Source: Octopus bimaculoides
Lineage: Eukaryota
Direction: 5' to 3'
DNA length: 64,000 nucleotides
NCBI RefSeq assembly: GCF_001194135.2
Contig: NC_068993.1
Location: 24,510,720 to 24,574,719 of the forward strand
Shown here piece after piece: positions 36,804 to 51,707 of this stretch. Every line of letters starts with the position of its first letter. Position 1 is the first letter of the stretch. The notes below the pieces were generated by a model, which had not been told where the DNA came from, ran no database searches, and worked only from the letters and a program-made list of their open reading frames with translations. A program made the translations under genes and the position numbers.

Positions 36804-38773
36804 NNNNNNNNNNNNNNNNNNNNNNNNNNNNNNNNNNNNNNNNNNNNNNNNNNNNNNNNNNNNNNNNNNNNNNNNNNNNNNNNNNNNNNNNNNNNNNNNN
36901 NNNNNNNNNNNNNNNNNNNNNNNNNNNNNNNNNNNNNNNNNNNNNNNNNNNNNNNNNNNNNNNNNNNNNNNNNNNNNNNNNNNNNNNNNNNNNNNNNNNN
37001 NNNNNNNNNNNNNNNNNNNNNNNNNNNNNNNNNNNNNNNNNNNNNNNNNNNNNNNNNNNNNNNNNNNNNNNNNNNNNNNNNNNNNNNNNNNNNNNNNNNN
37101 NNNNNNNNNNNNNNNNNNNNNNNNNNNNNNNNNNNNNNNNNNNNNNNNNNNNNNNNNNNNNNNNNNNNNNNNNNNNNNNNNNNNNNNNNNNNNNNNNNNN
37201 NNNNNNNNATATATATATACCTATACATATACATATACATAGGAAGAGAGAGTCTTAGAACTTCATATGTTCCATTAAGCTTGCAAAAGTAGATAATTCG
37301 TGTTGTGTATCAGATAATTTCACGTTAAATATTTGTCGGTTATAATAGAAATAGAATTTAAATAAAAGGTACATACCAGGAGATTATAGAGCTCTTTATT
37401 CATTTATGATGTATAAAATGCGTGTAAAGTCATTATGAGTAAGTCATTTAATACTATATAATCTAAACATATATCCCTTTTGTGTGTGTGTGTGAGTGGG
37501 TTGGGGTGTTGGCATGCGTGTTTGTATGTCGAATTTTTACTATTACTGATATATTATTAGATTCTTCTATTACTTTCAGTTTCGAGCACCGGCTCTACTG
37601 AACACCTCCCACTCTTCTGGCTCCTAACTATTTTTTGTTTTACTGTTTTATTTTGAACAACACCTCTAATAATTGCAACATAAATTTTAGCATACCATAT
37701 AACATATGTATCTCAGATTGTCAAAACATTGACTAAGGATCAACGATTGATATATACCGGCAATAAAGAGAAGCACGGCAATTTTGTTTCAGTTTTCCAG
37801 TATAAATACTTTCTTCCATTTATTACTTATATGCGATATTGAGTTCTATTTACGGTCTATATTACTAGAACAACAAGTATCAATTTAGATGTGTACACCA
37901 CTTTTAATGATTTAATCAGAAAACAATAATTTAAAATATAATCAGTAGAAGTTTTTTTAGATAAAGCGGGGATATCATGTTGATTTAGAAAATGGTAACA
38001 AGGTCTCATACACACGGGGTGAGAAAATAAGATATTGTGATATTCATAAATAAATTTTAAAATAAAGAATAGAGTATGTATTGAGTGATAGAATGAACGC
38101 ATGAAACAACTGCCTTGACTCAAAGATATCTTGAATTATAATAAATGATGTAAGTTAAAGCTTCATATTTCTCTACTGTAAAAACATGCAAGAGAGTTAC
38201 AGAAAGAGTTAATTTCATGTCCAATGTAATCAACCTTTCCAGAGCTACTTCATTAATTCATGCAGGTTTCATAAGTCTGAAATAGAGAGACTGGCAATCC
38301 CTTTTATCATCAATATATGATATTGAAAGCAAGAAGCAATAGTTTGTAAAACAATAGATGATTTGATAACGTAATAAAATGAATAAGGGAACACGAACTA
38401 GACTGAATTTCTGTTGTTCTTGCCTAGAGTATACGAACTAGCAATGTTAGCTAAGCAAGAAGTGATCAGCTGATCAGTTCCTCCATAACTCCGTTAGTAA
38501 ACTCTATGTGTCTTTTAATAGATAATATTTCTGACAAAGAGCAGAAACCAAAAAATTGGGTGGTTAGAAAAGACTATTACACTGATCTCTGTATTTTTAA
38601 AGGCAGCATCTACGTTTCTTTCTGAGTGATCCGTAACTTCAATGAGGAACTTCTGCATAGACTGGGCATATGGCTCAAAAACATGCTACAGACTGGACTC
38701 CGCTGAAGGTATGAAGAGCTGGTGGGTAATATTAAACCATAGTACGAATTGCTTATTCTTCCAGTTCAAGAAT

Positions 38774-38774
<1 letters not shown>

Positions 38775-38847
<73 letters not shown>

Positions 38848-38870
38848 CCCCTCTCTCTCTCTCTCTCTCT
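38775..38870. repeat. (CT)n microsatellite
   Basis: Direct reading. Confidence 0.95.
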
Positions 38871-40172
38871 TCTGTCTATTATATTTCGCAAATGATGTTT
38901 TAAAAATGTAAGTAATCACTTGCTCGAGATTCTGTATAGTGTTATGAGTACATACACGTAAAGTAGAATCGATTGGATCCAATATTTGTTCTGATTACAC
39001 TCAAGGAATATAAAAGAGATATTTGCCATGATAATGACCGGATTAAATTCTAATTTTTGAAATTTCTTTTTATATTTCTTGCAACAATCATCAATGATAT
39101 TCCTAATGGTTCTTACGGCATGAAAGAATTCTATATGTTGCAGATGCTGCAGTAACAGTCACTGTTACTGTTGCCTTTCTTGCGTCTGCTTTACCGCGAG
39201 TGCAGCCCCAACCGAGCTCAGTCATGACCAAAGGTGTTCCAGGCATGACTGCCCAAACATTGATTTTACCTTTTTGTTTGCATATCTTGTACTACATTAT
39301 TTAATTTTACCCTTCTCTGTAAAAAAGTAGGGTGCGATTTGAGACATATCTGACTGCTATTTTCAGTAATTCAAGCAACTTCTTGGAAGATCATTCCTTG
39401 GTTTTCTATCATTGCATTTTCAAGTGTAGAGAAAATATTGTAAAATTGTTGTGTCAGTTTTTCTTGATATCTCACCGGATTTATATTAATCTGATATCAG
39501 GCAATTAGTTATGTAGTTAGGAACAACTACACAAAACAGGCATATGAAACTTTTGGCTACTGCGGACAAATTGCAGTCACTGAAAACTTTGGGACAGTGC
39601 ATTTGTGGCTGAGTAAAACATTGAATCAAATTCATAGCTATCTAAACTACCTCCTTCGTTGACTCATTGCGTTACCTGTTTTCTTTCATCCTCTATTTGA
39701 AATTGATATAGGTTTCTATTTCTTTATGGAAAAAGCCATTAAAGAACATTGCAGTTCAACAGAAAATATTGTTGCAAATCATGCTTGTCTATAACGAGAT
39801 ATTTGGAAATTGACAGTCTCATTGATTTCCCAACACACATTGGAGTATTTCAATGCAAAATATATTTGATAATGATTAGGAACCTTTAAAATATTTAAAT
39901 TTATGTATATTACAGCTAATTGCATTCCGGGTATATACATACGTATACTTACATATAAATAATGTATGAACATATATGCGTTTTCTAAATATCCGCTTTT
40001 ACTCAGTGATATAACAATGGATGACCTTATGGTCCTCTTCATCTATGCACGTTGGCAGAATGTTGTAGTCACAAAACACCCGTAATCATGCTTATGTGTA
40101 TGTATGCATGCATGTTCCTATACATCTTTGTGTGTATGCTTATAAATATACCTGCGCCTGCATATATATATA

Positions 40173-40235
<63 letters not shown>

Positions 40236-40330
40236 CATATTATATTATATCATATTAAGAATACAATATTTAAAATAAATTAGGTAAACGTTTTCCAAAT
40301 CTTGCGAAATTAAACATTGATACCAATCCC

Positions 40331-40740
40331 GTGAACACACAACCCACCTCAGAGTATCAGAACCCACATCATAATAGAAGACACTATAATTCATTTAATT
40401 ATAATGATAATAATTATACTAGGCAGAGTAGGAACAACTCGGTGAGGAAACAGGAATTTGTTTGCTTCACCCCTCCTATTTCCGCCCAAGTCAGTAACCT
40501 CCCGAATTTTATTTTAGGATTATTGAAAGTTGAGGTTTCAACCTTTTATGAATCAAAGAAGATATACATAGGAAGTACGGCTGACTTTAAGACTAGATAT
40601 AGGGCGCACACAAATTCATTTATTACTCAAGAAACAAAAAGCCACAACCGCACTAGCTACCCACATTTATAAATTTAAAATGTCCAATAAAGAATTCAGT
40701 CTGGATTGGTCTATTACAACGGAAACCACATTTAAATTTT
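40331..40740 (+). mobile_element. Internally deleted Penelope-like element
   Basis: FVCFTPPISAQVSN (IIWFNPPxS-like) is joined directly to KKIYIGSTADFKTRYRAHTNSF (GIY-YIG) and followed by LDWSI. Confidence 0.7.
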
Positions 40741-41481
40741 TTTTCCAAAAATAATTAGTTTATATGATTTTAACCTATTTACCCTTTGTGCATTTGGATT
40801 CATCTTAAAACACTATTATCTATTATCTATAGCTTCATAATCTATTTAAACATGTAATTTTAGTTCTTATTATATCATCGGCTTGAACAGTGTGTTCCGA
40901 AACAGCATTCGATTTTTAAAATCCTTAAATTTCTCATGTTTCTTAAAACTTTTAAGATTTAAATAACTCTTTTATACATCCTTTTAGATTAACTCTGTTA
41001 AGAGAAATGTAGATGATTGTTATGGTTGGAACTCGCCCATGCCAACGTAGATACCTTCGAGACGGCCGTCAGGCTTTGCACCTGCTGAAGATTCTTTTTA
41101 AAATCATTTTATATCAACATTTTCATCTATTTGATTTCACCATGTAGATATTCAAATATCCTCATTGATTTTAATACGGACATACAACCTGGCAAATACA
41201 TTTATGTATTTATATATTTATATATTTTTATCATGTATATATGAATACATCTATGTAAGCTGTGGAGTATTCCGATGCTTTGAAATATACTGAATGAATA
41301 AGAACACGGACATTTGAAATTTGTTCTCTCTTTCTTGCTCTATTAGAGCGCTAATTAGTTGTACTCTATAAGGAGATAATTATCCCATCTGCTTCTTCAT
41401 TAAATATATAGATAGATAGATAGGTATATACATGCATGTATATATATGTATGTATATATATGTGTTTATATATATGTATAA

Positions 41482-41553
<72 letters not shown>

Positions 41554-42954
41554 GTATATACATATTTGTCACAGATTTGTATACATAAGTACATATATTT
41601 GTTTATATGTATATAATATGTGTGTGTATATATGTATATATATGTATATATAAAAATGCACAAGCATTGTCGCTTATTTTGAAGGAGCAAGCGAATATGT
41701 CATTAGTTAGCAAATTGAGTTGAAGTTATTCACAAGGTTATCTACAGCTGCTGCAAACATTCCCTTCCATGTACATAAGGGAAAGACGTTTTACCTGAGG
41801 CGACAGAAAAAGACTCCTATGCTAAGCACAAAGATGATCAAATAACATACCCATGTGCAGCGTCTGTTACAGTGTACATCTTATGTATCGGTGGCACATA
41901 TTGCTGGTAGAAGTATGAGAAACTATTTTCTACTTCGTCGGATGTAAGAGGCTGGTTGGAAAACAAAACGAAAAGAAAACAAAAATAAAACAAAAACTAT
42001 ATATTGCTCACGCAATATTTCATTGCTGAGGTCCGTAGTCTAATTTGTGACACTTGCAAAACAGATATAAGAATCAGGCGATGAAATATATAACAAGATA
42101 TGACCATGCAGAATTAGTTGAGAGGAAATATAAGAAAGGATGTGTTGAAAAAGACAATGCCAAAATGCAATCGCTTTTCTCTCCGTACGTATACAAATTT
42201 TGAGATGCCCAAGTTAAAATAACTTACATAAAAATCACACAAGAATAAATCATGTTATGATATTATGCAAATTACTTTAAAACACTGTGTATTTCACTTT
42301 AAAATAGTGTGAATTCACAGAATTAATGCAGAGAGAGTTTCTTATGAGCTGAAATATAAGGTTGCGAGCGTTGGAACCATTTAGAATGACACTGTTGTTT
42401 GTTATCATAAAAATTCTGTAGAAACACCTTGAAGCGATATATAGTAGATGAAGTATAGAAAGCAATACAATAAGAAGGCAGTTGGTCTAACAAACTGAAG
42501 TGTTGCTATGATGTATTTATGATTTATAAATGTATTTCAGCCCCTATTGGTTCAGATAGGGAAGTAATAACCAAAGAAACATCGTGACGGTAAAAGCCAC
42601 AAGGATTGTAGGAAAATGTAGACGAGGTTGTTGAAGGATGTAATGTCCCACTGGGTCTCTGACCTGGGCTGACTTAGAGGAACCAACGGTTATGTCAAGG
42701 AAATCATTGTTAGAGGTACGATACCATAATATGTTATTAAAAACTATGAGACTTTCTAGCAGCCCTAATATCTATTTCTAGAGGAGTATTTTAGTGGGCT
42801 TTCTAACAAGGATGAGGGTTATATTCAAGAGGCAAGGACTGATGAAAGCATGGTAATTATAGATATCATATTGGCGGAATGATGAGAAAGTTCTTATTTT
42901 CGGGAAGAGGAAACCAGTGGATAACCTCAACTGTATCAAACCTAAGAACAAATC

Positions 42955-43247
42955 AGCACATGGCCTAGTGATTAGGGTGTTGTTCTCACGATCGCGAGAT
43001 CGTGGTTTCAATTCGTAGACCGAATGGTGTTTCTGTTCTTGAGCAAAACAGTTCATCTCACGATGCTCTGCGATCACTTCGACACTTGACGCGTGGTACA
43101 CCGTGTACCTTTTCAGGCAACATCAATTTGATGGTGGGGGTGAGCTAATGTACAGCGCATATATTCGATCACTATAAACAAATCTTTTGTGCAGGTCGTT
43201 TGACAACAGGTGAAAACACATATCTCGTCTTCGACTGGAGAATCCGT

Positions 43248-43250
<3 letters not shown>
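42955..43250 (+). mobile_element. tRNA-derived SINE (family D)
   Basis: Box A-like TGGCCTAGTGA and box B-like ggtttcaattcg; homologous to 3420-3700; ends in (AT)n. Confidence 0.75.
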
Positions 43251-43298
<48 letters not shown>

Positions 43299-44204
43299 CT
43301 GTTGACACATTCTTCTGGTTTGTAAAGTAATTCATGTTTAAGGAAAATATAGGATATCTGTGCACTGGGAGTCCTCTGCTACAATTTGGAAATCTAGATT
43401 ACATAACCATTCTCCTTCATTTAAGTTAAGTAGGAAATGTAATTCTACGAACCTTAGTAAACGCATTTGGTGTTTGACAGACAAGAGCATTAACTACGAT
43501 GTAAATGGCCCATTATAAGTATCATCTTTCTAATTTTTTTAGTATACATAAATAGCTATTTTTTTTAGTATACATAGGTTTAATTTTGTATTCTTTCGCT
43601 ATCTACTGACGTTATCACATACTTAACTGATTTTTCTTAGAATATTATATTTGTTTTTAACCCTTTTGTACGTGTTCATGCATTATAGATATTATTTCAA
43701 TTTGTTTTGAATTTCACTCGTTTTGGTTTATATAATATTGTGATAGCATAAATTTTCAGATGTATTGGTTTGAATCGTATTTTGTATATTTTGTCTACAT
43801 TTAAATATAATAGCACAAACGAAACATTCGTCGATAATGTATGATGTAATCATTAATCAAAGATGCGATTTTTCCCACCCTTGTTCATGTTGATATATAA
43901 ATAAGTGAAAATATGTGTGTATTAAACATATAGCCATTTGGATTTATTTACAAACTTATATATGCGTCTAGGGATTTAAGTATCTAAATGTGTACATGTA
44001 TCTTTCAGACTGCACTCATGTATGCATGATGTATCTTTTAAATTATATGTATACATAAATCTATTTATCTATACATAACAACACCTGAGCCGAGCATTGA
44101 GAGTGAAGTGGAGAGAAGATGAGGAATAAGAAGAAAGCGGTAATGATTCGAGCGGGATACAATCTGCATAGCAATAGGATACCATTCTTTTAAAACGACA
44201 TTAC

Positions 44205-44309
44205 CGAGCCATTGTGCATACCACCAAGAATGATAAGTTGGAGAAACTCTTCTTTGCGAACTTGGTTTTGTTGAAAAGATAGATGACCCGTACAACCGTC
44301 TTTGTGAAT
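44205..44309 (-). CDS. iGluR exon D (105 nt): end of the ATD
   Basis: ttttctattttcag|IHKDGCTGHLSFQQNQVRKEEFLQLIILGGMHNGS|gtaatg. Matches the ATD-terminal GLTGxIxFxxxGxR..LxII pattern; phase 0-0. The frame differs from the ORF-track call 44065-44295. Confidence 0.88.
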
Positions 44310-46599
44310 CTGAAAATAGAAAATAAAGTGAAATTTAATAATATCTAACTCTTGCGCTACAATGCTAATTGGTAAGTTTCTCTTTTTTTTTTCCTTAATA
44401 ACTTATTCTTAAAACTAAAATCGTTATAATTAGGGAAGACTTAAGATTGGAGTCAGTCCTCCAAAGCTTGTGATTTTAATCTTCGGAATTCTGGCATATG
44501 TTTTAAATATTTTTTCATATTTTAAGAATTTCTTTTGATGTGGTTATCTTACATATTTATTACGATATTGCTGGCTACTATTTGACACAGCATTTGCAAC
44601 AGTAGAAACAAATAGTTTCAATAATAAAAATAGTTTGGAAGTACCTGATATGATTACTATTATTTTGCTTATTGTTTGCAGTTAACGCTGTTGTTTTATT
44701 AAACTTTTAGCTTTATTCTCTTCAAATAGCTTTCCTATATGTGTTACCTCCTATAATTTAAAACAACCACATTAGAATAACTAAACAAAACAACGTTGCT
44801 GGCAGCAGCAGACTATATGGCAGCAAAGGAAGTCAAGTGTGATAATCTACACTACCTACAGCAATATGAGCCACGCCAGGATAAAATATAATATATTCCA
44901 TGTCAATCACATAAATGCATAAATATCCAATTATAGCTATTCGATTATTTCACACAACTTTTGCTCCGCAGTAGCCATTGAAATATATCTTCAAATATTT
45001 TTAGCAGTTTAATATTTTTATTCCCTGGAATGCAAAACACAACAAATTGTCACATATATTTCAAATATTCCAAAAAATGGGCTATACCATTTCCTCTTCA
45101 TGTAACATATTTAGAACCTTCCTAGGGTGTGACTATTCGTCTCCATCCATATACAATACAACAAATCAACGACATATTATTCATTGATTATTGATGCTTC
45201 ATTGTTCACCATACATCTAGCTGTGTTCAGATTTTAACGCAGAGAAAATCACCGTTTCAAGAAATACAGTAAATAATATGCTTTCCTGATGAAATTACAA
45301 TATGACCGAAACTTGTTTGGAAATACCGTTTTCTTGTTCTTAAGATGAGTGAAAAGTCTCTCTGTATATATGTGTGTGCATGTGTGTATGTATGTGTACG
45401 TGTGTGTATATGCACGTTTTCATAAATATATGTATATTCATAAGTTTCCTTCGTATGTGAATGGGGTGATTATAAATATAGAGTTATTCTTATGCAAACA
45501 CTCAATCAATGACATATATGCATATAGAATCAGACTGCTTCGCAGCTAGATAAAGAAAGAGAAAGTGAGAATGGGGGAGAAGGTAAAAGAGAACGAGAGA
45601 TTCAGTAAAAGTACAGAGCGTATTGTTTAGAAAACATCTATTTTTGTAAATAGTTCTTAGACATATTGTGTTTTACATACATCTACGCCTGTTTTTTGCA
45701 TATATATGTTCCATTCTGTGCGTTCTCATTACCATGTATATGATTATAGATGAGTGTGTTTGCTTCTAGCAGTTTATATTACTACTATGTAGTAATATAT
45801 TACTCGAATACTAAAGGAACCATTGTATTAGCATGATTCACATATGCAGCAATCACTAGTGACAGGCGATGTTCAAAAATGCTTGTCTTAAATTTTATAA
45901 CGCTTATTGTTCCTTCGGGGATTTCATAGATGTGTACTCACAAAACCTTACCACAAACTTATTATTTGCAAGGCGAGGTAATTTGTTATTTATATGTTGG
46001 CTAATTCAGAATTTGGAAAATATATGTCAGCTAATTCGAAATAATCGCTGAAAAATTAATATTGATTTTACCATTACATAAAATTACGTCTAGTTTGCAA
46101 GATAGATCAAACAGTCATAGAACTGATAAAGAAATGTACGTTTGAAATACGGATGTTGTGTTCTGAACACATTATGGCTTAACAATTTCTGAGGTTTGTA
46201 ATGGATGAGAACAGAGCAAAGACGAGACCGATACATTTCAAAATAACACAGATATCATAACAAAGATCGATAAACTTAGTGATGCTTTTAAATTGGTTTT
46301 TCTGTACCTGTGTTGGTGTAAATTTCTGAAGAGAAATAACAGATATGAGATGTAATATGATGAAAGAAATCTGCGAGTGATTCATTAATAACTCAATCAG
46401 TTTTTTTATTACCTTTCCCAGATCAAGAATAGTTTGACAGAGAAAAATTTAAAGCTTCTCGTACATATAGAAACAAGGAAGTCTTAAAACAAAGAGGTTT
46501 TAAGTGGAGTGGAACAACCTGAATTTTTAACCGTAAAGTATGGTTAAAAAGAGGGCTTTGCAACAACGTTGTTTCAGGTTCGTCACTATTCAATCCCTT

Positions 46600-46955
46600 G
46601 GGCAATATCTTTTAAAATAACCCCGAGCCGACTTATGCCACGTGAGTGAATTAGGTAGACAAAAACTGTGTGGAAACCCGATATGTGTGTGTATGTACGT
46701 GTGTGTGTGCGTGTGTGTGTGTGTGTGTGCGCGTGTGTGCGCGCGTGTGTGCATGTACGTATATGTGGGTATGTATATGCATGTATTTTTATGCTTATAC
46801 CAACCTCGTTTTACAACAAGCGTTGCTTTGTTCACGTCCTCGTAACGACTAAACTTAAAAACATAAGTACTGGGGTCCATTTGTTCGACATAAACTCTTT
46901 AAGGTGGTGCCCCAGAATAGCCACGGTTCGATGGCAGAAACAAGCAAAAGATATA
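46600..46955 (+). mobile_element. SINE family A/B copy with internal (TG)n, decayed
   Basis: gtgagtgaattaggtagacaaaaactg, then (TG)n, then gttcacgtcctcgtaac..taagtactggggtccatttgttcgac..ggtggtgccccagaatagccac. Confidence 0.7.
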
Positions 46956-48317
46956 TATCATAATTTGTATCTCTCTTTTTTATTTTTAAATTTTGTTATG
47001 ACATATTTTTCACTAGTCCTGTGATGTATCCATGGCTGATATCTAACTCAAAATTTTAACGTTTTGTAGTAAATATGCACCAGAATTTTCAATTGCTTTC
47101 ATAAATTTTAGATGTCTGAGTGAATTGATTAATGCATCATTATCTCACAATACTCATTTTAACATATTCAGCTGTGCACATAATATTTTGTATGGTTAAT
47201 GCGTGGTATCCAAACTACTAGGTTTTCTGACCAGTATTTTCTTATCCAGATATCATCAAAACTGATATTTCAATATTTTACCAAGATGCGCCTTGAGGAC
47301 AAAATTATAGACACAGGAAACACAGCCGGTACACTAACTTATGGAGTGACCAGGCTACATACATCAGAGGAAGTACATCAGACATAGATTTGAACATCGG
47401 TAAGATTGTGTAATGCTTACATCTGTAACAGTATTTAGTTCTCAAGATCAAATCTATGTACTGTTTAAAATGGAGAGCTTTTAATTAATTTACTAATTTT
47501 CCCATGTTCACATAGCACAACTTCAAATAATTCAATTCTGGTTACTTTTACAAAAATAATTCGATTGCATTTCTTCTAATTTGTAGCCTATTATATCTGG
47601 CAAATGAAAAGCATATACTATGATGCATCTTCGTTAGATAAAGGAAATACTTTAAACAATTTGACATTTAAAATGTAATGCAGCGGCCTTTTGAATTCCT
47701 GTAGTCGAAGTTGTCACTTAATAACAAAACAATAAAATATTGGTACAAGACGAAAATGTAGAAGAAAGAGAAAGAAGAAGCAGAGAGGGATAACAAAAAG
47801 GAGAACTAAGACAATATATTGAAAAAATAAGAGTACGAAGATTTTTTTTTTTTTCCATCAGAATAATTTCGATTTTCAGGTAAAGTATATTTAATTGTCT
47901 GAAACATGCGAATACTATCGGCAACAGCGACGCCAAACCGAACTGGCACCTCGAATGATTAGCTCATTATTGTCTGTGAGAGTTTCTATTTGTTTGCAAG
48001 TGCTTTGTGCAGTGAGTCGTTACACTTGTTGATATTACAAGAATGCTTGGCTACATAAGAAAGTTTGTTACGATAACAATCAACACAGCCAACTACATCC
48101 AGTTGTTGGGTAGTAATAAACTTGTTACAGATAATCATAAAAAGGAATGCAAATTATTTGTCACGAAATGACCTTCAAACCAGCACTTCTGAGACAAAAT
48201 GGCTTAAATTGCGGAAGGACAACTTCAGAATTGAATAATTTTATTAATTCATGTGTTAGTGTGTGCACTCACATACGTATATTGGTATATATACATACAT
48301 AATACATATATATAAAG

Positions 48318-48441
48318 AGAGAGACAGACAGACGGACAAACAGACAGACATGCAGACAGACAAACAGACAGACATGCAGACAGACAAACAGACAGACGGA
48401 CAGACAGACGGACAGACAGATGGGCAGACAGACTGAAAGAC

Positions 48442-48508
<67 letters not shown>
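48318..48508. repeat. Compound (GACA)n grading into (GATA)n
   Basis: Direct reading. Confidence 0.95.
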
Positions 48509-48509
<1 letters not shown>

Positions 48510-49737
48510 GTAGACATATATACATATAATATATGCATAAATATATATATATATATATATACATATATCTGTGAATGTATGTATGTTTGTATGTATGTAT
48601 GTATGTATGTTTGTATGTATATATGTACACACGTGTTTAAGTATCTATGTACTCATGTCGCAATAGATTTGAAGTTTATTACGGCAAAGCTAAAAAGAAT
48701 GTCTGTTTATCAATCATATTCTCAAATAAAATACACAATTCTTTGCAGCAATTCGACTAGCGATATTAGAGGAATTATTTTCACCAGATTAGGCCTAAGA
48801 ATCCTTAAATTAGTTTCCACTATGATTCGAAACATCCCAAAACTGGAGCTTTTTGCATTTGGTCAAGCATCTCAGTATTTTGGCAAACTTTTAAAACCTC
48901 CAGCTTTAAGGCTTTTATAAGGCTTTGTAGTCGATGGAGATTTCCACATCATACTGGCGGTTTTGTGCCTGAAGTGCTGCATTTATATTATATTCATAAA
49001 AGATATTAAAATTTGTGATTTGAATGGCTAGAACATATCCTAAAATTAGACAATAGACTAGAAGTATAAGAAAGGAAAATGCAAGACGTTTATTACAAAT
49101 AAAAGTGATAAAGAAAAGTTTACCCCCAAAGCCAGCAGGTTAAATTACCCTTCCAGCTAAATCTGAGATTGCATTAGTCAGCAAGAAAATTTGAAGTACC
49201 TCCATAGCAGCATTAGAAACTTTACAAACAGAGAAATGATAGTAACAGACATTATTTGGTTTTAAAATATTACCAATAAACGTAACTCTAGATTTATTCA
49301 ATTTAAATTTGACCTTGCCGAATTTTGCCCTTCCATTTCTAAATATTTCTAATGAAATAATGATAGAAGAATAACATTTAGATTATCATGCATGCAACCA
49401 AAACTCTACTTTTTACCCCAGGTAAGCAAATAATTTTCTTTATATACGATAAGAGAGGAGAATTTGTCAATTAGGACGTGGAATAAGTACAGTGTTATTG
49501 GACGCTCAGGAAAGAAAAGAAAAGAAAGAGGATTTCACGTTTCGGGCGGAGCCCTTCATCCGAAATACAGAAAAAGTCCAAAGAAGGGAAGATGGAGAAA
49601 GAAAATCGCCAACGATACACACGCGGTAACATATTGAAATGACCGGAAGGGAATGGGTGAAGAAAAAGTTCTTTCAAAGATAGAAGAGTGCAAGAGAAGA
49701 AGGTATATGTGTGTATGTGTGGGTATGTGCGTGCGCG

Positions 49738-49768
<31 letters not shown>

Positions 49769-50365
49769 NNNNNNNNNNNNNNNNNNNNNNNNNNNNNNNN
49801 NNNNNNNNNNNNNNNNNNNNNNNNNNNNNNNNNNNNNNNNNNNNNNNNNNNNNNNNNNNNNNNNNNNNNNNNNNNNNNNNNNNNNNNNNNNNNNNNNNNN
49901 NNNNNNNNNNNNNNNNNNNNNNNNNNNNNNNNNNNNNNNNNNNNNNNNNNNNNNNNNNNNNNNNNNNNNNNNNNNNNNNNNNNNNNNNNNNNNNNNNNNN
50001 NNNNNNNNNNNNNNNNNNNNNNNNNNNNNNNNNNNNNNNNNNNNNNNNNNNNNNNNNNNNNNNNNNNNNNNNNNNNNNNNNNNNNNNNNNNNNNNNNNNN
50101 NNNNNNNNNNNNNNNNNNNNNNNNNNNNNNNNNNNNNNNNNNNNNNNNNNNNNNNNNNNNNNNNNNNNAAATGTAAAAAAGCCAGAATGCTGAACTGGGA
50201 GCATAATTTAATTAAGATTTATTCTAACCGGTTTTCATTGCGATGAAGCAAATTATCAAGAAGGAGAATGAAAATGTTTTTTTACAAAGAAGTACAAAAA
50301 AGTACAAAATGAAGAAAATAATATATAAAACAATAATATATAAAAAAATATAAAAAAATATAAAA

Positions 50366-50405
<40 letters not shown>

Positions 50406-51667
50406 TTAATAAAATAGATGGAATGAATAAAAGATTTTATTGGGTACGACACACGTTTCGACCCGCTCTGGGTCTCTACGGGTACATCAATAAAAATCTC
50501 ACAAGACATTTTCTGAGTCGGCTTACGTACCGCTATAAGTCCATCAAATTCGAGAATGAGTGAAAAACAGAGAAAAATTATTGAAACGCAAAAACTTCAA
50601 GCATGTGCATCGGTTACTTAGTTGATGGTCCCTGTTCATGGATTGCAAACGCAAACCGTTCAAAGTGGGAATATATGAATATACATATTTATATAAGCAC
50701 ATCGTTGCTATTATGCAAACGTTTCGTAAGTCCAAAATGTTGCTTTTTGAGAAAACGAAAGAATAGTTTCACCATTCCATAGCAAAACTGTTGTATTACA
50801 CTTTAACAATTATTGATATCTTGGCATCTGAAGCAACTGGAGCTACGATAGTTTGACCAAAAGAATCGGCTATTGCGAAGAAAAATATTGAAAAAGATGC
50901 ATTTGGCAAAATTTGGAAATGCGACAGTTTAACATAATAGCAACGATACATATATTTCAACGTACGTACGTATCTGAGTGTGTTTGTGTGTGGGGGCATG
51001 CATTTATTTTTCGTTATAGTATTTTTCAGTGCCTGTATGCTTGTGCATATGTATATATCTGTGATTAAATTGGCAAAATGTATATTGTGTATTCCCATGT
51101 GTTTGGTAGTTCATAATCAGCGGTATAAGTGGTTATATAAATTAATGTTGTTTCACAAACAGTTATTTACGTTAGGGATGTCTATATTGAAAGAAAAACA
51201 GGAAATCATTCATATGCAACTAGGAAAGATCTTAAATTTTTATCGATTGTATTTTTTTTACTATTAATCGAAATTGCAAATCTTTAGAGTATGAACTATT
51301 GATTTTGCTTAAAATTTTTAAATAATTTTACTAATATTTTCTTGATATTTATTACGTTCCAACTTTATTTTAAACTTTTTGTATTGCTTTGTGTTATTTT
51401 GTATGGAATTCATTTAGAATCATCGGGGGAAAACCCATGACACAGTTTTCGAAAGTGTTATTTGTATTTTTCATGGAAAATTGTATATCTATTTTCATAA
51501 ACGTCATCGTAGTAGCAAAAACATTTAAAAAGAAGCTTTAGATCATATTTTTCTAAGATAAAACTTATTACAGTTTGCAAATAAATATTTTACCTACTCA
51601 GCAAATATATATATGTGTGTGTGTGTGTGTGTGTATACATGGAAATACGTGTGCAGACATACGCACC

Positions 51668-51707
<40 letters not shown>

